Source: an uncultured Christensenella sp.
GTDB taxonomy: Bacteria > Bacillota > Clostridia > Christensenellales > UBA3700
DNA length: 64,000 nucleotides
Reading direction: 5' to 3'
Assembly: GCA_964478025.1 (NCBI GenBank)
Contig: CAYZGK010000001.1
Location: 23,631-87,630, forward strand
The position numbers and the translations under genes are program-made. Shown in pieces: positions 44,810 through 54,303 of this stretch. Under the pieces are notes generated by a model, which saw only the letters and a list, made by a program, of their open reading frames with translations, made no database searches and was not told the DNA's origin. Positions within the stretch are counted from its first letter, which is position 1, and each line of letters opens with the position of its first letter.

Positions 44810-47800
44810 ATGAAAAAGAAATTATCAGTATTATTAATAATTGTATTAGCAATTGTACTTATATGTACAACGTCTGTTTGTTTTGCAGATAGTGAAGAAG
44901 CTTCAAGCGTTTCTTCAACAACTCTAACCTCGCTTGCCGGAGAGGAGATAGATATTAGTAATATTGAAAATTACTTAACTGAAAATATATTAAATGCTTC
45001 ATTAGACGAAACGGTTAGAGTAATTGTTAAATATAACGATGAAAAGAGCCATAATATAGTTGATGATCTAAAAACACTTGGATGTGAGGTAACACTAAAT
45101 TATACATATTCAAAATTCTTTACCGGAAGTTCAATAACTATACTTTCACAAGATATATTAAGCTTATCTAATTTATCTTATGTAAAGAGCGTTTCGATAT
45201 GTCCACAATATACTGTTTTATCAACCTATTCATCATCCTCTGGTACAAATGAAGGTATTATAGATAATACTACATCATATCAAGGAGACGGAATGGTAGT
45301 TGCTGTTATTGATGGATCGTTTGATGTAACTCATGAGGCTTTTTCTAATATATCTTCAACATCTTTAACTATTACAAAAGATACTTATTCCCAAAGTTTA
45401 ATTAAGAGTTTAAATTCATACTCATTATCAGGTGCTACGGCTGCTGATTTATATTTATCAGATAAAATTGTATACGCTTATGATTATGGTGAATACGATG
45501 TTGATGTATATGACGCAACTTTATCTCATGGTACTCATGTAGCTGGAATTTTAGCAGGAAATTCATCTACCTTTAAAGGAGTAGTTCCAAATGCACAATT
45601 AGCATTAATGAAGGTTGCTGATTCTGAAGGCATAATGTATGATGATTCAATTATTTCAGCACTTGAGGATTGTCTAACTTTAAATGTTGATGTAGTTAAT
45701 ATGTCACTAGGATCTAATGGCGGATTTAGTTATAAAGATGATGACGGAATGATGCTAGCTATAGATAAACTAGAAAGCCAAGGAATAACAGTTGTTTGTG
45801 CTGCTGGTAACGCAACAACAAGTGCTGTTGGGGGTGAGAGTGGAGATTTGGCCGATGAGGCAAACATAGATAATAGTGCAGTTTGTTCTCCAGCTACATA
45901 TGCTTCTTCTTATTCTATAGGTAGTGCTGCTGAAATAAAATATATGATGGTAGGCTCTTCAAAAATAGAATACAATGATGTTTATTACTATAAAACCTCA
46001 TCAGATGGTGATTTTTATAATGATTTTGTATCTTCAGGTTCACTAGATTACATCATCTTAAAAAATAGCGATGATATAGCATATGGCAAAGAGAGTGATT
46101 ACGAGGGATTAGATGTAACAAATAAAATAGTAGTTGTACAAAGATCTGCCGATATGACAGTAACTGAAAAAATAGCAATAGCTAAAGAAAAAGGTGCAGA
46201 AGGTGTAATTATTGTTAATAATACTGAAGGCTCAGTAAATTTTGGAGTTCAAGGCTCAGATACCGTACCAACTATTTCAGTAACATCAAGCGTAGGTAAA
46301 ATATTAATACAAAACGCTATTTCAAATGAAGGTACTCTTACATTAGATTCATCATATTATTATTCTGGAATTTCAAGTTTTTCTTCAAGAGGAGTAAATG
46401 ACGATTTAACTTTAGGTATAGATGTTGTTGCATATGGAACAGGGATTTACTCTTTAGGATTAGATCAAAGTTATATGACAAACTCTGGAACATCAATGGC
46501 CTCACCAAATGCGGCTGGTGCATTTACTGTTATAAAACAATATGTAAAAGCAAATGCTTCAACATTCGGCATAGATGCTACAAATAAAATTGAAATATCG
46601 ACAGTTGCCTCACGACTTTTAATGTCAAATACAACACTTCTTACAGACATTAATGGAGTGTTATATTCACCACGTTCACAAGGTGCAGGACTTGTAGATA
46701 TAAATAAGGCAACAAGTACATTATCTTACATTACAACTTTTGATAGTGATGGTAATGAAATAGATAAAACAAAAATTGAACTTGGAGATAACGTAAGTAA
46801 TTCATTTGTATTAAAACTAAAGGTTTCTAACTTTAGTACAACAAGTGAGACTTATGAAATTTCAGCAAACGTATTAACAGAAGCTCTAACAGAAGATAAT
46901 AAAATGAGCGGACTTGATGAAGAGTTAACTTTTGCAATTATAAACGTTAAAAATGGAAACTTTAGCAATAATAAATGGACTGTAACTGTTGATGCTGGGT
47001 CAAGTGCTGAAATTGAAATTACAATTGCATTAGATAGCAGTGCAATGCTTATTCTAGATAAATTCACAAACGGAACATATGTTGAAGGTTATGTTTATCT
47101 AAATGGAATTAATAATACATTAACTTGTCCATTTATTGGATTCTATGGCGACTGGGACGATGCTTCTATGTTAGATATAACAGCATACGATGAGGCAAAT
47201 GGAAGTGAAGCAGCAATGAGAGCTTCTACATCTTATGGTATATATGCAGGAAGTTATTACATCCCTATGGGTGAGTATGCATATGAAGTTGCAGAAGGTT
47301 ATGAAAAACCAACAGCTAACGAAGAATATTCAGCTCTATCAATTTATTCTTCTTCAATGTATGCTCTTGGTTATATCCAACTTGGATTACTTAGAAATGC
47401 AGAGAGAATTGAACTTGTTGTGTCTGATTCAGTAACAGGAAGCGTTTTAACTACTGGAACAATAGATTATGCAACTAAGACAATGTATTTTTCAGCTTAT
47501 GGCATGCTTTATGGTGGAGATTTAACATTAACAATTTCTCCATATAAGTTAGGGTTAAGCAATAACGGAAAATATAATGTTACATTAAACATTTATAGAA
47601 CATATGATGAGGAAAGTGAAAAAAATACAATTTCAGACACATATACACAAAACTTCTATGTAGATTATGAATTACCTGAAATTACAGATATAAAATATAC
47701 AACAGAAAATGGAAAGGTTTATGCAAATATTGAAATGTATGATAACCACTACATTCAAGCAATAGGAATTTGTACAGGTAAAGGAACAAGTGCTACAAAT

Positions 47801-50800
47801 GTAACGCTAACAGCACAAGATTTCTATCCTGTAGCAACAAGTGCAGATGGTGTTGGACAAACAAAGAGCTTAAAGATAGATATAACTGACGCTATATCTA
47901 AAGCTTCAAATGGTTATATTTATTTCTATGTTGTAGATTATGCTTTTAATGCTAATATCTATTACGATTCTATCTCTAATATGGGAAATCAAACATCTAC
48001 AAGTAAAAAGGGAGATACATCAGATTCTAAAGGACCAACAGCTCAAACTGATTTAACTGAATCTAAATTTGAATTTGTAAGTAGCGAGATAGAAATTGCA
48101 GTTGATCAAGAAATAGATTTAGCTCAAACAAAATATTTAACAGGATATAACGTTGAAGATACATTTACATGGACTGCCTCAAAAGGAACTATTTTAGCAA
48201 TGTCAAATGGTAAAATTACTGGTTTATCTGAAGGTATGGCAGTAGTTAGCGTAACTAATAAGAATAATGTTACTACAAGTTTAATTGTTAATGTTGTTGC
48301 AGATTCTAATAATGAATATGAGTCAGCTACATTTGAAAAGGCTTATATAAGTGGCTATTCAATGAAAAACACTATAACCGAAGATGGCGATTCTTTCTTT
48401 GATATAAATGTTGAAAATAATGAAATAAAACTTGCTCCAAATGAGTCATTAAGATTTGAATATGGTTATACTCCTTATAATTATAACTATGTAGAAAATC
48501 CTATAACTATTTATATAAATATTGCGGATACTAATATTGTTTCACTAACAAATGGAACATTAAAGGCGGTAAGCGAAGGAACAACAACAGTTACAATAAA
48601 GGTTAATGGAGCAACAGGAACAACAATTGCAGAGTATAGTGTAACTGTATCTCCAGAGATTTATATAAATGAAAATAAGGTACTTTTAGCTTGCTTTAGT
48701 TTAGATACAAATATTGACTTATCTTCAAAAGATATAGTTGCAATAAGTTCAAAGGCATTTACTTATGCTAAAAATGCAGAAACTATTACGCTTCCAGCCA
48801 CATGTACAACAATAAGTGAGTATGCTTTTGCAAAGAACGCATCAATTAAAAATGTAGTGTTTACAAATAATAAAGTAACCTATATTAAAGATCATGCATT
48901 CTCAGGCGATGTATGTTTAGAGAGTATTGATTTAACAGGAGTTGCTCAAGTGGGTGATTATGCATTTGAGAATTGTTCAAACTTAAATGAAATAATTTTA
49001 GACTCTCAAACAGTATCAGATATTTCAATTTCTATGCTTGCTTTTGATGGTTGCAGTAAACTTGAAAATTTCACAATTGATGGAAATAAAACTCCAAATA
49101 TAATTATTGATGGCATGCTTGTAATGTCGCTAGATTATGAGTCAATACTAACAGATTCAACTATAAAGAGCATTGGCAAAAATGTATTTAGTAACTTAAA
49201 GAATGAAGATACTATTGATTTAACAGGAACATCTATTGAAAGAATAGAAAATGGGGCCTTTGAGGGCAATAGTGAGATTAAATACGTTTACTTGCCTTCA
49301 AGTATAAATTACATTGGTTCTAACGCCTTTAGTGACTGTGAGAGTTTATGTACATTAAATATTGCATCTGGTAGGGGAGATTTATATATAGGCTCATATG
49401 CTTTTGCTAACACTGCTATTGATATAATCAATATAAAGGATAAGACAACAACACTTGGTGATTATGTATTTATGGGAGACACATCGCTTGTTGGTGCAAT
49501 GCTTGGTTCTGTTCAAAAGATAGGAAAGTATACTTTTGCAAAGTGTACAAGTTTACAAAAAGTTGTACTTGCTGATGGCTCTAAAGATTTAGGAACATAT
49601 ACTTTTGCTCCAATTACTGAAAATAATAAGACATATTATTTAAGTAAATTAAGCACTGTTACTATTCCAAATACAATAACAAGTATTAAGGAGTACGTAT
49701 TTGCTTATTGTACTTCATTAAAGACTTTAGAAACTTCAAATATTGAAAGTGTTGGTGATTATTCATTCTATGGTTGTACATCACTTAATAGTCTTGCATT
49801 TAATAAGGCAAGTAGTATTGGATACGCTGCCTTTGCAAACTCATCAATTCAATCTATTGAAATAGGAAACTCACTAACAAGTGGAACAATTGATATAGAT
49901 GGTGTTGCCTTCTATGGATGTGAAAACTTATCTACTGTAAAGTGGCCAACAAGTGAAGGAATTTCAATAAAGGTAGGTTATGGTTCTTTCTATAAATGTA
50001 CAAGTCTAGCTACAAGTAACTCATTTGTAATAGGTGGTTTTAAACCTACAACAAGTAGTGGAATTAATTTATCAAGAGTAGAAAGTGTAGAAGATTATGG
50101 TTTTGCATACTGCGAAGCTTTAAATAGAATTGACTTAACTAATTGTAAAGAAATTGGTTATGCAGCCTTTGCAGAATGTTCAAAGTTAACATCTGTAACA
50201 TTAGGAAGCGTTGAGTCTATAGAAGATTTAGCATTTATAAATACAAAGATTACAAAAATAACATTGCCAAGCAGCCTAACATATCTTGGTATGGCAGTAT
50301 TTGGTGGAACATCAGCAGTTGTAAGTGTAGAAGATAATAATAATTTAGTTGTAGATGCTACAAGCGATGGATATTCTGTAATTTATACAAAATTAGATAA
50401 TGGAAGTTTAATGCTTGCATATTACCCAATATCTTCAACATCAACATCATACTCAATTAAAGCTAATACAAGTTATATCTCAAGTTATGCATTCTATAAT
50501 GCTCAATCATTAAAGAGTATAACAATACCTGCTACTGTTAAATATATAGGACATGCAGCATTCTATGGTTGTTCATCATTAAGTAGTGTTTACTTTAGTG
50601 GAACATCAGCTCCAGCGTTACTTGCTGAATATAATTCTGATGAAGATGACTTATATTGTAATTTCGTAAATTATGTATCAGAAGTTGAGGGCTTAACATT
50701 ATACGTTGGTTCTAATAGTGTAAAAGAAACATTTAACAACAATCCAACTTGGTCTTCTTTCTTTAGCAGTATAAGAGTTTCTTCTTCGATTGATATTGTT

Positions 50801-51265
50801 GATGATGTTGATTTAGATACATTTAAAAATAGTTTAAATAACTTTGGCAGTGAAGTTACTGCGAAAAACTATAAGCAATTTGAAAAAATTGTAACAATGT
50901 ATAGTAATTTATCAACTGAAGATATAGAAGAATTAAGAAGCACTACAGATGGGGAAATGTTATATAATAAGTATAATACACTTCTTGCTCAATACAACGA
51001 GTTAAATACAGGCTCTAGTGATGATACTACAACAAATTCGGATAGTATTCCTAAGTGGGCAATTATCTTACTTGTGGTAGGTGGTGCATTAGTCATTCTA
51101 GGCTTAACAGGATTTGTATTTGTATATCTATCTAAAGGAATGTTAAGAAAAAATAATGTCGTAGTTAAGAATTCTGAAGATGATATAGAAAATGTAGAGA
51201 AAAAGAAAGAGACGAAAAAAGAAAAGAAAAAAGATGATTTTAATGACATCTTTAAGGACAATTAA
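44810..51265 (+). CDS. cell-surface subtilisin-like serine protease (S8, lactocepin/C5a-peptidase-like) with PA domain, Big_2-like domains, BspA-type LRR region and C-terminal TM anchor
   Basis: Sec signal MKKKLSVLLIIVLAIVLICTTSVCFA. Catalytic triad blocks VVAVIDGSFD, HGTHVAGI and SGTSMASPNAAG. PA-domain insert KIVVVQRSADMT..EKGAEGVIIVNN. Big_2-like segments (ILAMSNGKITGLSEGMAVVSVTN, LTNGTLKAVSEGTTTVTIKV). About 1.9 kb of LRR_5 repeats (ISEYAFAKNASIKNVVF.., VGDYAFENCSNLNEIIL.., IGYAAFAECSKLTSVTL..). C-terminal TM WAIILLVVGGALVILGLTGFVFVYL and a K/E tail. No LPXTG. Confidence 0.9.
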   Translation: MKKKLSVLLIIVLAIVLICTTSVCFADSEEASSVSSTTLTSLAGEEIDISNIENYLTENILNASLDETVRVIVKYNDEKSHNIVDDLKTLGCEVTLNYTYSKFFTGSSITILSQDILSLSNLSYVKSVSICPQYTVLSTYSSSSGTNEGIIDNTTSYQGDGMVVAVIDGSFDVTHEAFSNISSTSLTITKDTYSQSLIKSLNSYSLSGATAADLYLSDKIVYAYDYGEYDVDVYDATLSHGTHVAGILAGNSSTFKGVVPNAQLALMKVADSEGIMYDDSIISALEDCLTLNVDVVNMSLGSNGGFSYKDDDGMMLAIDKLESQGITVVCAAGNATTSAVGGESGDLADEANIDNSAVCSPATYASSYSIGSAAEIKYMMVGSSKIEYNDVYYYKTSSDGDFYNDFVSSGSLDYIILKNSDDIAYGKESDYEGLDVTNKIVVVQRSADMTVTEKIAIAKEKGAEGVIIVNNTEGSVNFGVQGSDTVPTISVTSSVGKILIQNAISNEGTLTLDSSYYYSGISSFSSRGVNDDLTLGIDVVAYGTGIYSLGLDQSYMTNSGTSMASPNAAGAFTVIKQYVKANASTFGIDATNKIEISTVASRLLMSNTTLLTDINGVLYSPRSQGAGLVDINKATSTLSYITTFDSDGNEIDKTKIELGDNVSNSFVLKLKVSNFSTTSETYEISANVLTEALTEDNKMSGLDEELTFAIINVKNGNFSNNKWTVTVDAGSSAEIEITIALDSSAMLILDKFTNGTYVEGYVYLNGINNTLTCPFIGFYGDWDDASMLDITAYDEANGSEAAMRASTSYGIYAGSYYIPMGEYAYEVAEGYEKPTANEEYSALSIYSSSMYALGYIQLGLLRNAERIELVVSDSVTGSVLTTGTIDYATKTMYFSAYGMLYGGDLTLTISPYKLGLSNNGKYNVTLNIYRTYDEESEKNTISDTYTQNFYVDYELPEITDIKYTTENGKVYANIEMYDNHYIQAIGICTGKGTSATNVTLTAQDFYPVATSADGVGQTKSLKIDITDAISKASNGYIYFYVVDYAFNANIYYDSISNMGNQTSTSKKGDTSDSKGPTAQTDLTESKFEFVSSEIEIAVDQEIDLAQTKYLTGYNVEDTFTWTASKGTILAMSNGKITGLSEGMAVVSVTNKNNVTTSLIVNVVADSNNEYESATFEKAYISGYSMKNTITEDGDSFFDINVENNEIKLAPNESLRFEYGYTPYNYNYVENPITIYINIADTNIVSLTNGTLKAVSEGTTTVTIKVNGATGTTIAEYSVTVSPEIYINENKVLLACFSLDTNIDLSSKDIVAISSKAFTYAKNAETITLPATCTTISEYAFAKNASIKNVVFTNNKVTYIKDHAFSGDVCLESIDLTGVAQVGDYAFENCSNLNEIILDSQTVSDISISMLAFDGCSKLENFTIDGNKTPNIIIDGMLVMSLDYESILTDSTIKSIGKNVFSNLKNEDTIDLTGTSIERIENGAFEGNSEIKYVYLPSSINYIGSNAFSDCESLCTLNIASGRGDLYIGSYAFANTAIDIINIKDKTTTLGDYVFMGDTSLVGAMLGSVQKIGKYTFAKCTSLQKVVLADGSKDLGTYTFAPITENNKTYYLSKLSTVTIPNTITSIKEYVFAYCTSLKTLETSNIESVGDYSFYGCTSLNSLAFNKASSIGYAAFANSSIQSIEIGNSLTSGTIDIDGVAFYGCENLSTVKWPTSEGISIKVGYGSFYKCTSLATSNSFVIGGFKPTTSSGINLSRVESVEDYGFAYCEALNRIDLTNCKEIGYAAFAECSKLTSVTLGSVESIEDLAFINTKITKITLPSSLTYLGMAVFGGTSAVVSVEDNNNLVVDATSDGYSVIYTKLDNGSLMLAYYPISSTSTSYSIKANTSYISSYAFYNAQSLKSITIPATVKYIGHAAFYGCSSLSSVYFSGTSAPALLAEYNSDEDDLYCNFVNYVSEVEGLTLYVGSNSVKETFNNNPTWSSFFSSIRVSSSIDIVDDVDLDTFKNSLNNFGSEVTAKNYKQFEKIVTMYSNLSTEDIEELRSTTDGEMLYNKYNTLLAQYNELNTGSSDDTTTNSDSIPKWAIILLVVGGALVILGLTGFVFVYLSKGMLRKNNVVVKNSEDDIENVEKKKETKKEKKKDDFNDIFKDN

Positions 51266-51267
51266 AT

Positions 51268-52137
51268 ATGATAACGATTCAAAATGAACATTTAAAGGTA
51301 AATATTAATGAGCATGGCGGCTCCATGACATCTATACAAAAAGATGGAATTGAATATCAATGGCAAGGAGATAAGGACAGCTGGCTTGGACAAGATGTTG
51401 TAATATTTCCATTTGTAGCAAGACTAAAAGATCAAATTTATACTGTAGATGGAGTTACATATTCCATGAAAAACCATGGATTATGTAGATATTCAACGCT
51501 TAATGTTGAGGCAAAGAAAGAAGATATGGTAATACTATCTTTAACCTGGAGTGAAAACACACTACTTCAATATCCTTATAAGTTTAATTTCTTTGTAACT
51601 TATGAACTTATAGATAACGAGTTAAAAGTTTCATATAAAGTTGTTAATGTTGATGAAAAGCCTATTTATTTTGGAATAGGTGGACATCCTGCATTAAAGT
51701 TGCCTTTAAAAAGAGAATATGGCGAGGATAATATTGATGGAAACTCTATTGAGTTTGAATATGAAATAGAGCCAAATAATTATTCCTTAAATAAAGATGG
51801 TTGCTTTATTACAGGCAAAGAAAAATTTGGAAAAATAAAGAAGATAGATTTAAGTAAGGATCTATTTAGAAAATATAAAACGCTATTATTAACAGATGCT
51901 TATATGAATAATTTAACATTACATAGATGTGATGGCGTTGATATAAAAATGAAAGTTAATAATCCAAAAGTTTTGGCAATTTGGTCAAATGAAAACTATG
52001 GTGCATATGTATGCATTGAACCATGGCATGGAATACCAGATTTAGAAGAGAGAAATCTTGAACTTAAAGATAAAGAACTTATAAATAAATTAGATAAAAA
52101 TATGGAATTTGATATGTCTTATTCTATAATAATATAG
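51268..52137 (+). CDS. aldose 1-epimerase (mutarotase)-family protein
   Basis: 289 aa. The pattern ..VIFPFVARL..., FGIGGHPALKL and IEPWHG is typical of the LacX/YihR-like mutarotase fold family. Confidence 0.65.
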   Translation: MITIQNEHLKVNINEHGGSMTSIQKDGIEYQWQGDKDSWLGQDVVIFPFVARLKDQIYTVDGVTYSMKNHGLCRYSTLNVEAKKEDMVILSLTWSENTLLQYPYKFNFFVTYELIDNELKVSYKVVNVDEKPIYFGIGGHPALKLPLKREYGEDNIDGNSIEFEYEIEPNNYSLNKDGCFITGKEKFGKIKKIDLSKDLFRKYKTLLLTDAYMNNLTLHRCDGVDIKMKVNNPKVLAIWSNENYGAYVCIEPWHGIPDLEERNLELKDKELINKLDKNMEFDMSYSIII

Positions 52138-52159
52138 GATATAAAAAGGAGTTAAGGGT

Positions 52160-52969
52160 ATGTCGGATTGTAATCATGATTGTTCTTCTTGCAATGAAAA
52201 ATGCGCTTCTAGGATAGAGAAGTTTAAAGTAGAAGATCATTCAAAAGTAAAGAAAGTTTACGCAGTTGTTTCTGGAAAAGGTGGAGTTGGAAAGAGTATG
52301 GTTACATCTCTTTTATCAACTTTAACAAGACGTGAAGGTTATAATGTAGCTGTTCTTGATGCAGATATTACAGGACCTTCTATGTGTAAAGAATTTGGAT
52401 TAACAGGGCTTACTGAGGGAAGTAAATATGGAATTCTTCCTATGGAAACGATGACTGGAATAAAGGTTGTTAGTATGAATATGTTCTTGGAAAATCCATC
52501 TGATCCAGTTGTTTGGAGGAGCTCTCTTATAAATAGTGCAGTAAGACAATTTTTTACAGAAACTTACTGGGGCGATGTAGACTATATGTATGTTGATATG
52601 CCACCAGGAACAGGTGATGTTACATTAACAGTATTTCAATCTCTTCCAATTGATGGAATTATTATAGTAACTTCTCCTCAAGATTTAGTTTCTATGATTG
52701 TTGAAAAAGCTGTTAAAATGGCTAAAATGATGAACGTTCCAATTATTGGAATAGTTCAAAATATGTCGTACTTTGTTTGCCCAAATTGTAAAGAAAAGCA
52801 CTTTATATTTGGAAAAAATAAAGTAGATGAAATTGCTCAAGAGTTTGATATTAAAGTATCGGCATCACTTCCAATTGATCCAAAACTAAGTGAAATGACA
52901 GACTTAGGACTTGTTGAGCAATATGAAGGAAACGATTTAGATCCTTTAATTAAAGAATTAACAAAATAA
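52160..52969 (+). CDS. Mrp/NBP35/ApbC-family iron-sulfur cluster carrier ATPase
   Basis: Cys-rich N-terminus CNHDCSSCNEKC, deviant Walker A VVSGKGGVGKS, DMPPGTGD, and the CPNCKEKH (CxxC) motif. Confidence 0.9.
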   Translation: MSDCNHDCSSCNEKCASRIEKFKVEDHSKVKKVYAVVSGKGGVGKSMVTSLLSTLTRREGYNVAVLDADITGPSMCKEFGLTGLTEGSKYGILPMETMTGIKVVSMNMFLENPSDPVVWRSSLINSAVRQFFTETYWGDVDYMYVDMPPGTGDVTLTVFQSLPIDGIIIVTSPQDLVSMIVEKAVKMAKMMNVPIIGIVQNMSYFVCPNCKEKHFIFGKNKVDEIAQEFDIKVSASLPIDPKLSEMTDLGLVEQYEGNDLDPLIKELTK

Positions 52970-52976
52970 ATAATAA

Positions 52977-52998
52977 AAGGCCCTTAATTTAGGGCCTT
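52977..52998 (+). terminator. stem-loop downstream of the mrp-like gene
   Basis: AAGGCCC-ttaattta-GGGCCTT, a 7-bp stem. No clear U-tract follows, so the terminator call is weak. Confidence 0.35.
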
Positions 52999-53018
52999 AA
53001 TCTATATTAGGATTAAGT

Positions 53019-53885
53019 ATGCAGTGTGATTTATGCCCAAGAAATTGTAAAATTAACAGAGATGTAAGCAATGGTTATTGCGGAGTTTCTAATAATATAA
53101 AAATTGCAAGGGCAGCACTTCATTTTTGGGAGGAGCCAATTATATCTGGAGATAAAGGCTCTGGCACAATATTTTTCTCTGGTTGTACACTAAAGTGTGT
53201 TTATTGTCAAAATTTTGAAATTTCTCGTGGTTTTGGAAAAGAGATAAGTGTAGATAGATTAGTTGAGATAATGAAAGAGCTTGAGGAGAAAGGTGCAAAT
53301 AATATTAATTTAGTTACTCCAACTCATTTTGTTAATCAAATAATAAAAGCATTAGATATTTATAGACCTAATGTCCCAATTGTATATAACACCTCAGGTT
53401 ATGAAAAAATAGAAACTTTAAAAAAATTAGAAGGATATGTAGATGTATATCTTCCTGATTTAAAATATTCAGATAATAATTTATCTCAAAAATATTCAAA
53501 AGTTAGTGACTATTTTGAAGTGGCAACAAAAGCTATTCTTGAAATGAAAAGACAACAACCTAAAGATGTTATAGAAGATGGACTTATGAAAAAGGGAGTT
53601 ATTGTAAGACATTTAGTTTTACCAAATGCTATTCAAAATACATTAGGTGTTTTACAGTGGATAACAAATAATCTAGATAAAGATAGCTATATATCTTTAA
53701 TGGGACAATTTATTCCATATGGAGAGGCCAAAAATATTTCTGAACTTAATAGAAAAATAAAACCAGTTGAATATAAACTGGCTATTAATAAACTTCTTGA
53801 AAAAGACTTTAATAATTCCTTTATTCAAGACATAGAAAGCGCAAGTGAAGACTTTATACCTTCTTTTGATTTAGAGGGCGTCTAA
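53019..53885 (+). CDS. radical SAM protein (PflX/pyruvate formate-lyase-activase-like family)
   Basis: N-terminal CDLCPRNCKINR..GYCG cluster and the radical SAM CxxxCxxC block GCTLKCVYCQNFEIS. Confidence 0.8.
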   Translation: MQCDLCPRNCKINRDVSNGYCGVSNNIKIARAALHFWEEPIISGDKGSGTIFFSGCTLKCVYCQNFEISRGFGKEISVDRLVEIMKELEEKGANNINLVTPTHFVNQIIKALDIYRPNVPIVYNTSGYEKIETLKKLEGYVDVYLPDLKYSDNNLSQKYSKVSDYFEVATKAILEMKRQQPKDVIEDGLMKKGVIVRHLVLPNAIQNTLGVLQWITNNLDKDSYISLMGQFIPYGEAKNISELNRKIKPVEYKLAINKLLEKDFNNSFIQDIESASEDFIPSFDLEGV

Positions 53886-53901
53886 GGCTTAATTTAAGCC
53901 T
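53885..53901. terminator. AT-rich palindrome between convergent genes
   Basis: AGGCTTAA-T-TTAAGCCT. It overlaps the stop codons of both the radical SAM gene and the small minus-strand ORF. Confidence 0.3.
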
Positions 53902-54025
53902 CTAAGGCGTCTATGTCCTCTAATTCTAATTCTTCAGAATCGATTTCTTCAATATCTTCAAGTTCATCAATGTTGATATCGATTTCTTCTAACTCTTCTG
54001 GACCATTTAAAATAACATTTTCCAT
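53894..54025 (-). CDS. 43-aa hyper-acidic small protein (absent from the ORF track because it is under 60 aa)
   Basis: My translation of the minus strand is MENVILNGPEELEEIDINIDELEDIEEIDSEELELEDIDALEA*, with 20 D/E residues and no K/R/H. RBS AAGGGGA lies 8 nt upstream of the ATG (54025). A near-consensus promoter lies upstream. Confidence 0.5.
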   Translation of the reverse strand: MENVILNGPEELEEIDINIDELEDIEEIDSEELELEDIDALEA

Positions 54026-54054
54026 AAGTAAATTCCCCTTATAACCTTTTCTTT

Positions 54055-54083
54055 ATTATAAAAAATTAAAAAAGCAAAATCAA
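54055..54083 (-). promoter_or_regulatory. sigma-A-type promoter for the small acidic ORF
   Basis: On the minus strand: TTGATT (54083-54078), a 17-nt spacer, then TATAAT (54060-54055). Confidence 0.5.
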
Positions 54084-54143
54084 TATGCGTAAAATTTGTT
54101 AAAATCCAATAAATTTCACCAAAAAGTTTTGTTTATAAAAGTG

Positions 54144-54296
54144 AAATTATTAGAAAAACCGATGAAATGATATGAAAAAATATTGGAAAAACCATAATTA
54201 TATTGCTAAAAAATATTGGAAAAGCCATAATTTTATTAATAAAAAATATTGGAAAAACTGATAATATAATGTAAAATAATATTAGAAAAGGAGAGA
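54144..54296 (+). repeat. 33-bp-period direct repeat array upstream of a DUF4143 ATPase
   Basis: Three strong units start at 54175, 54208 and 54241: AAAAAATATTGGAAAAACCATAATTATATTGCT, AAAAAATATTGGAAAAGCCATAATTTTATTAAT, AAAAAATATTGGAAAAACTGATAATATAATGTA. Degenerate units flank them (AAATTATTAGAAAAACCGATGAAATGATATG at 54144, AAAATAATATTAGAAAAGGAGAG at 54274). The last unit runs into the RBS. Confidence 0.85.
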
Positions 54297-54303
54297 GCAT
54301 CGC

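Noticed and set aside
53019-54025. Radical SAM enzyme plus adjacent small peptide as a RiPP pair
   Set aside because: The two genes are convergent, not co-transcribed. The radical SAM protein looks like a PflX/activase-type housekeeping enzyme with no SPASM or RRE features that I can see. The peptide has no Cys/Ser/Thr-rich core.
54144-54296. CRISPR-like reading of the periodic arrays (also 32808-32855 and 63326-63521)
   Set aside because: The units are contiguous, or separated by only 10-20 bp of semi-conserved sequence. There are only 3 to 5 units. There are no unique spacers of 26 bp or more and no cas genes. All the arrays sit exactly in promoter regions.
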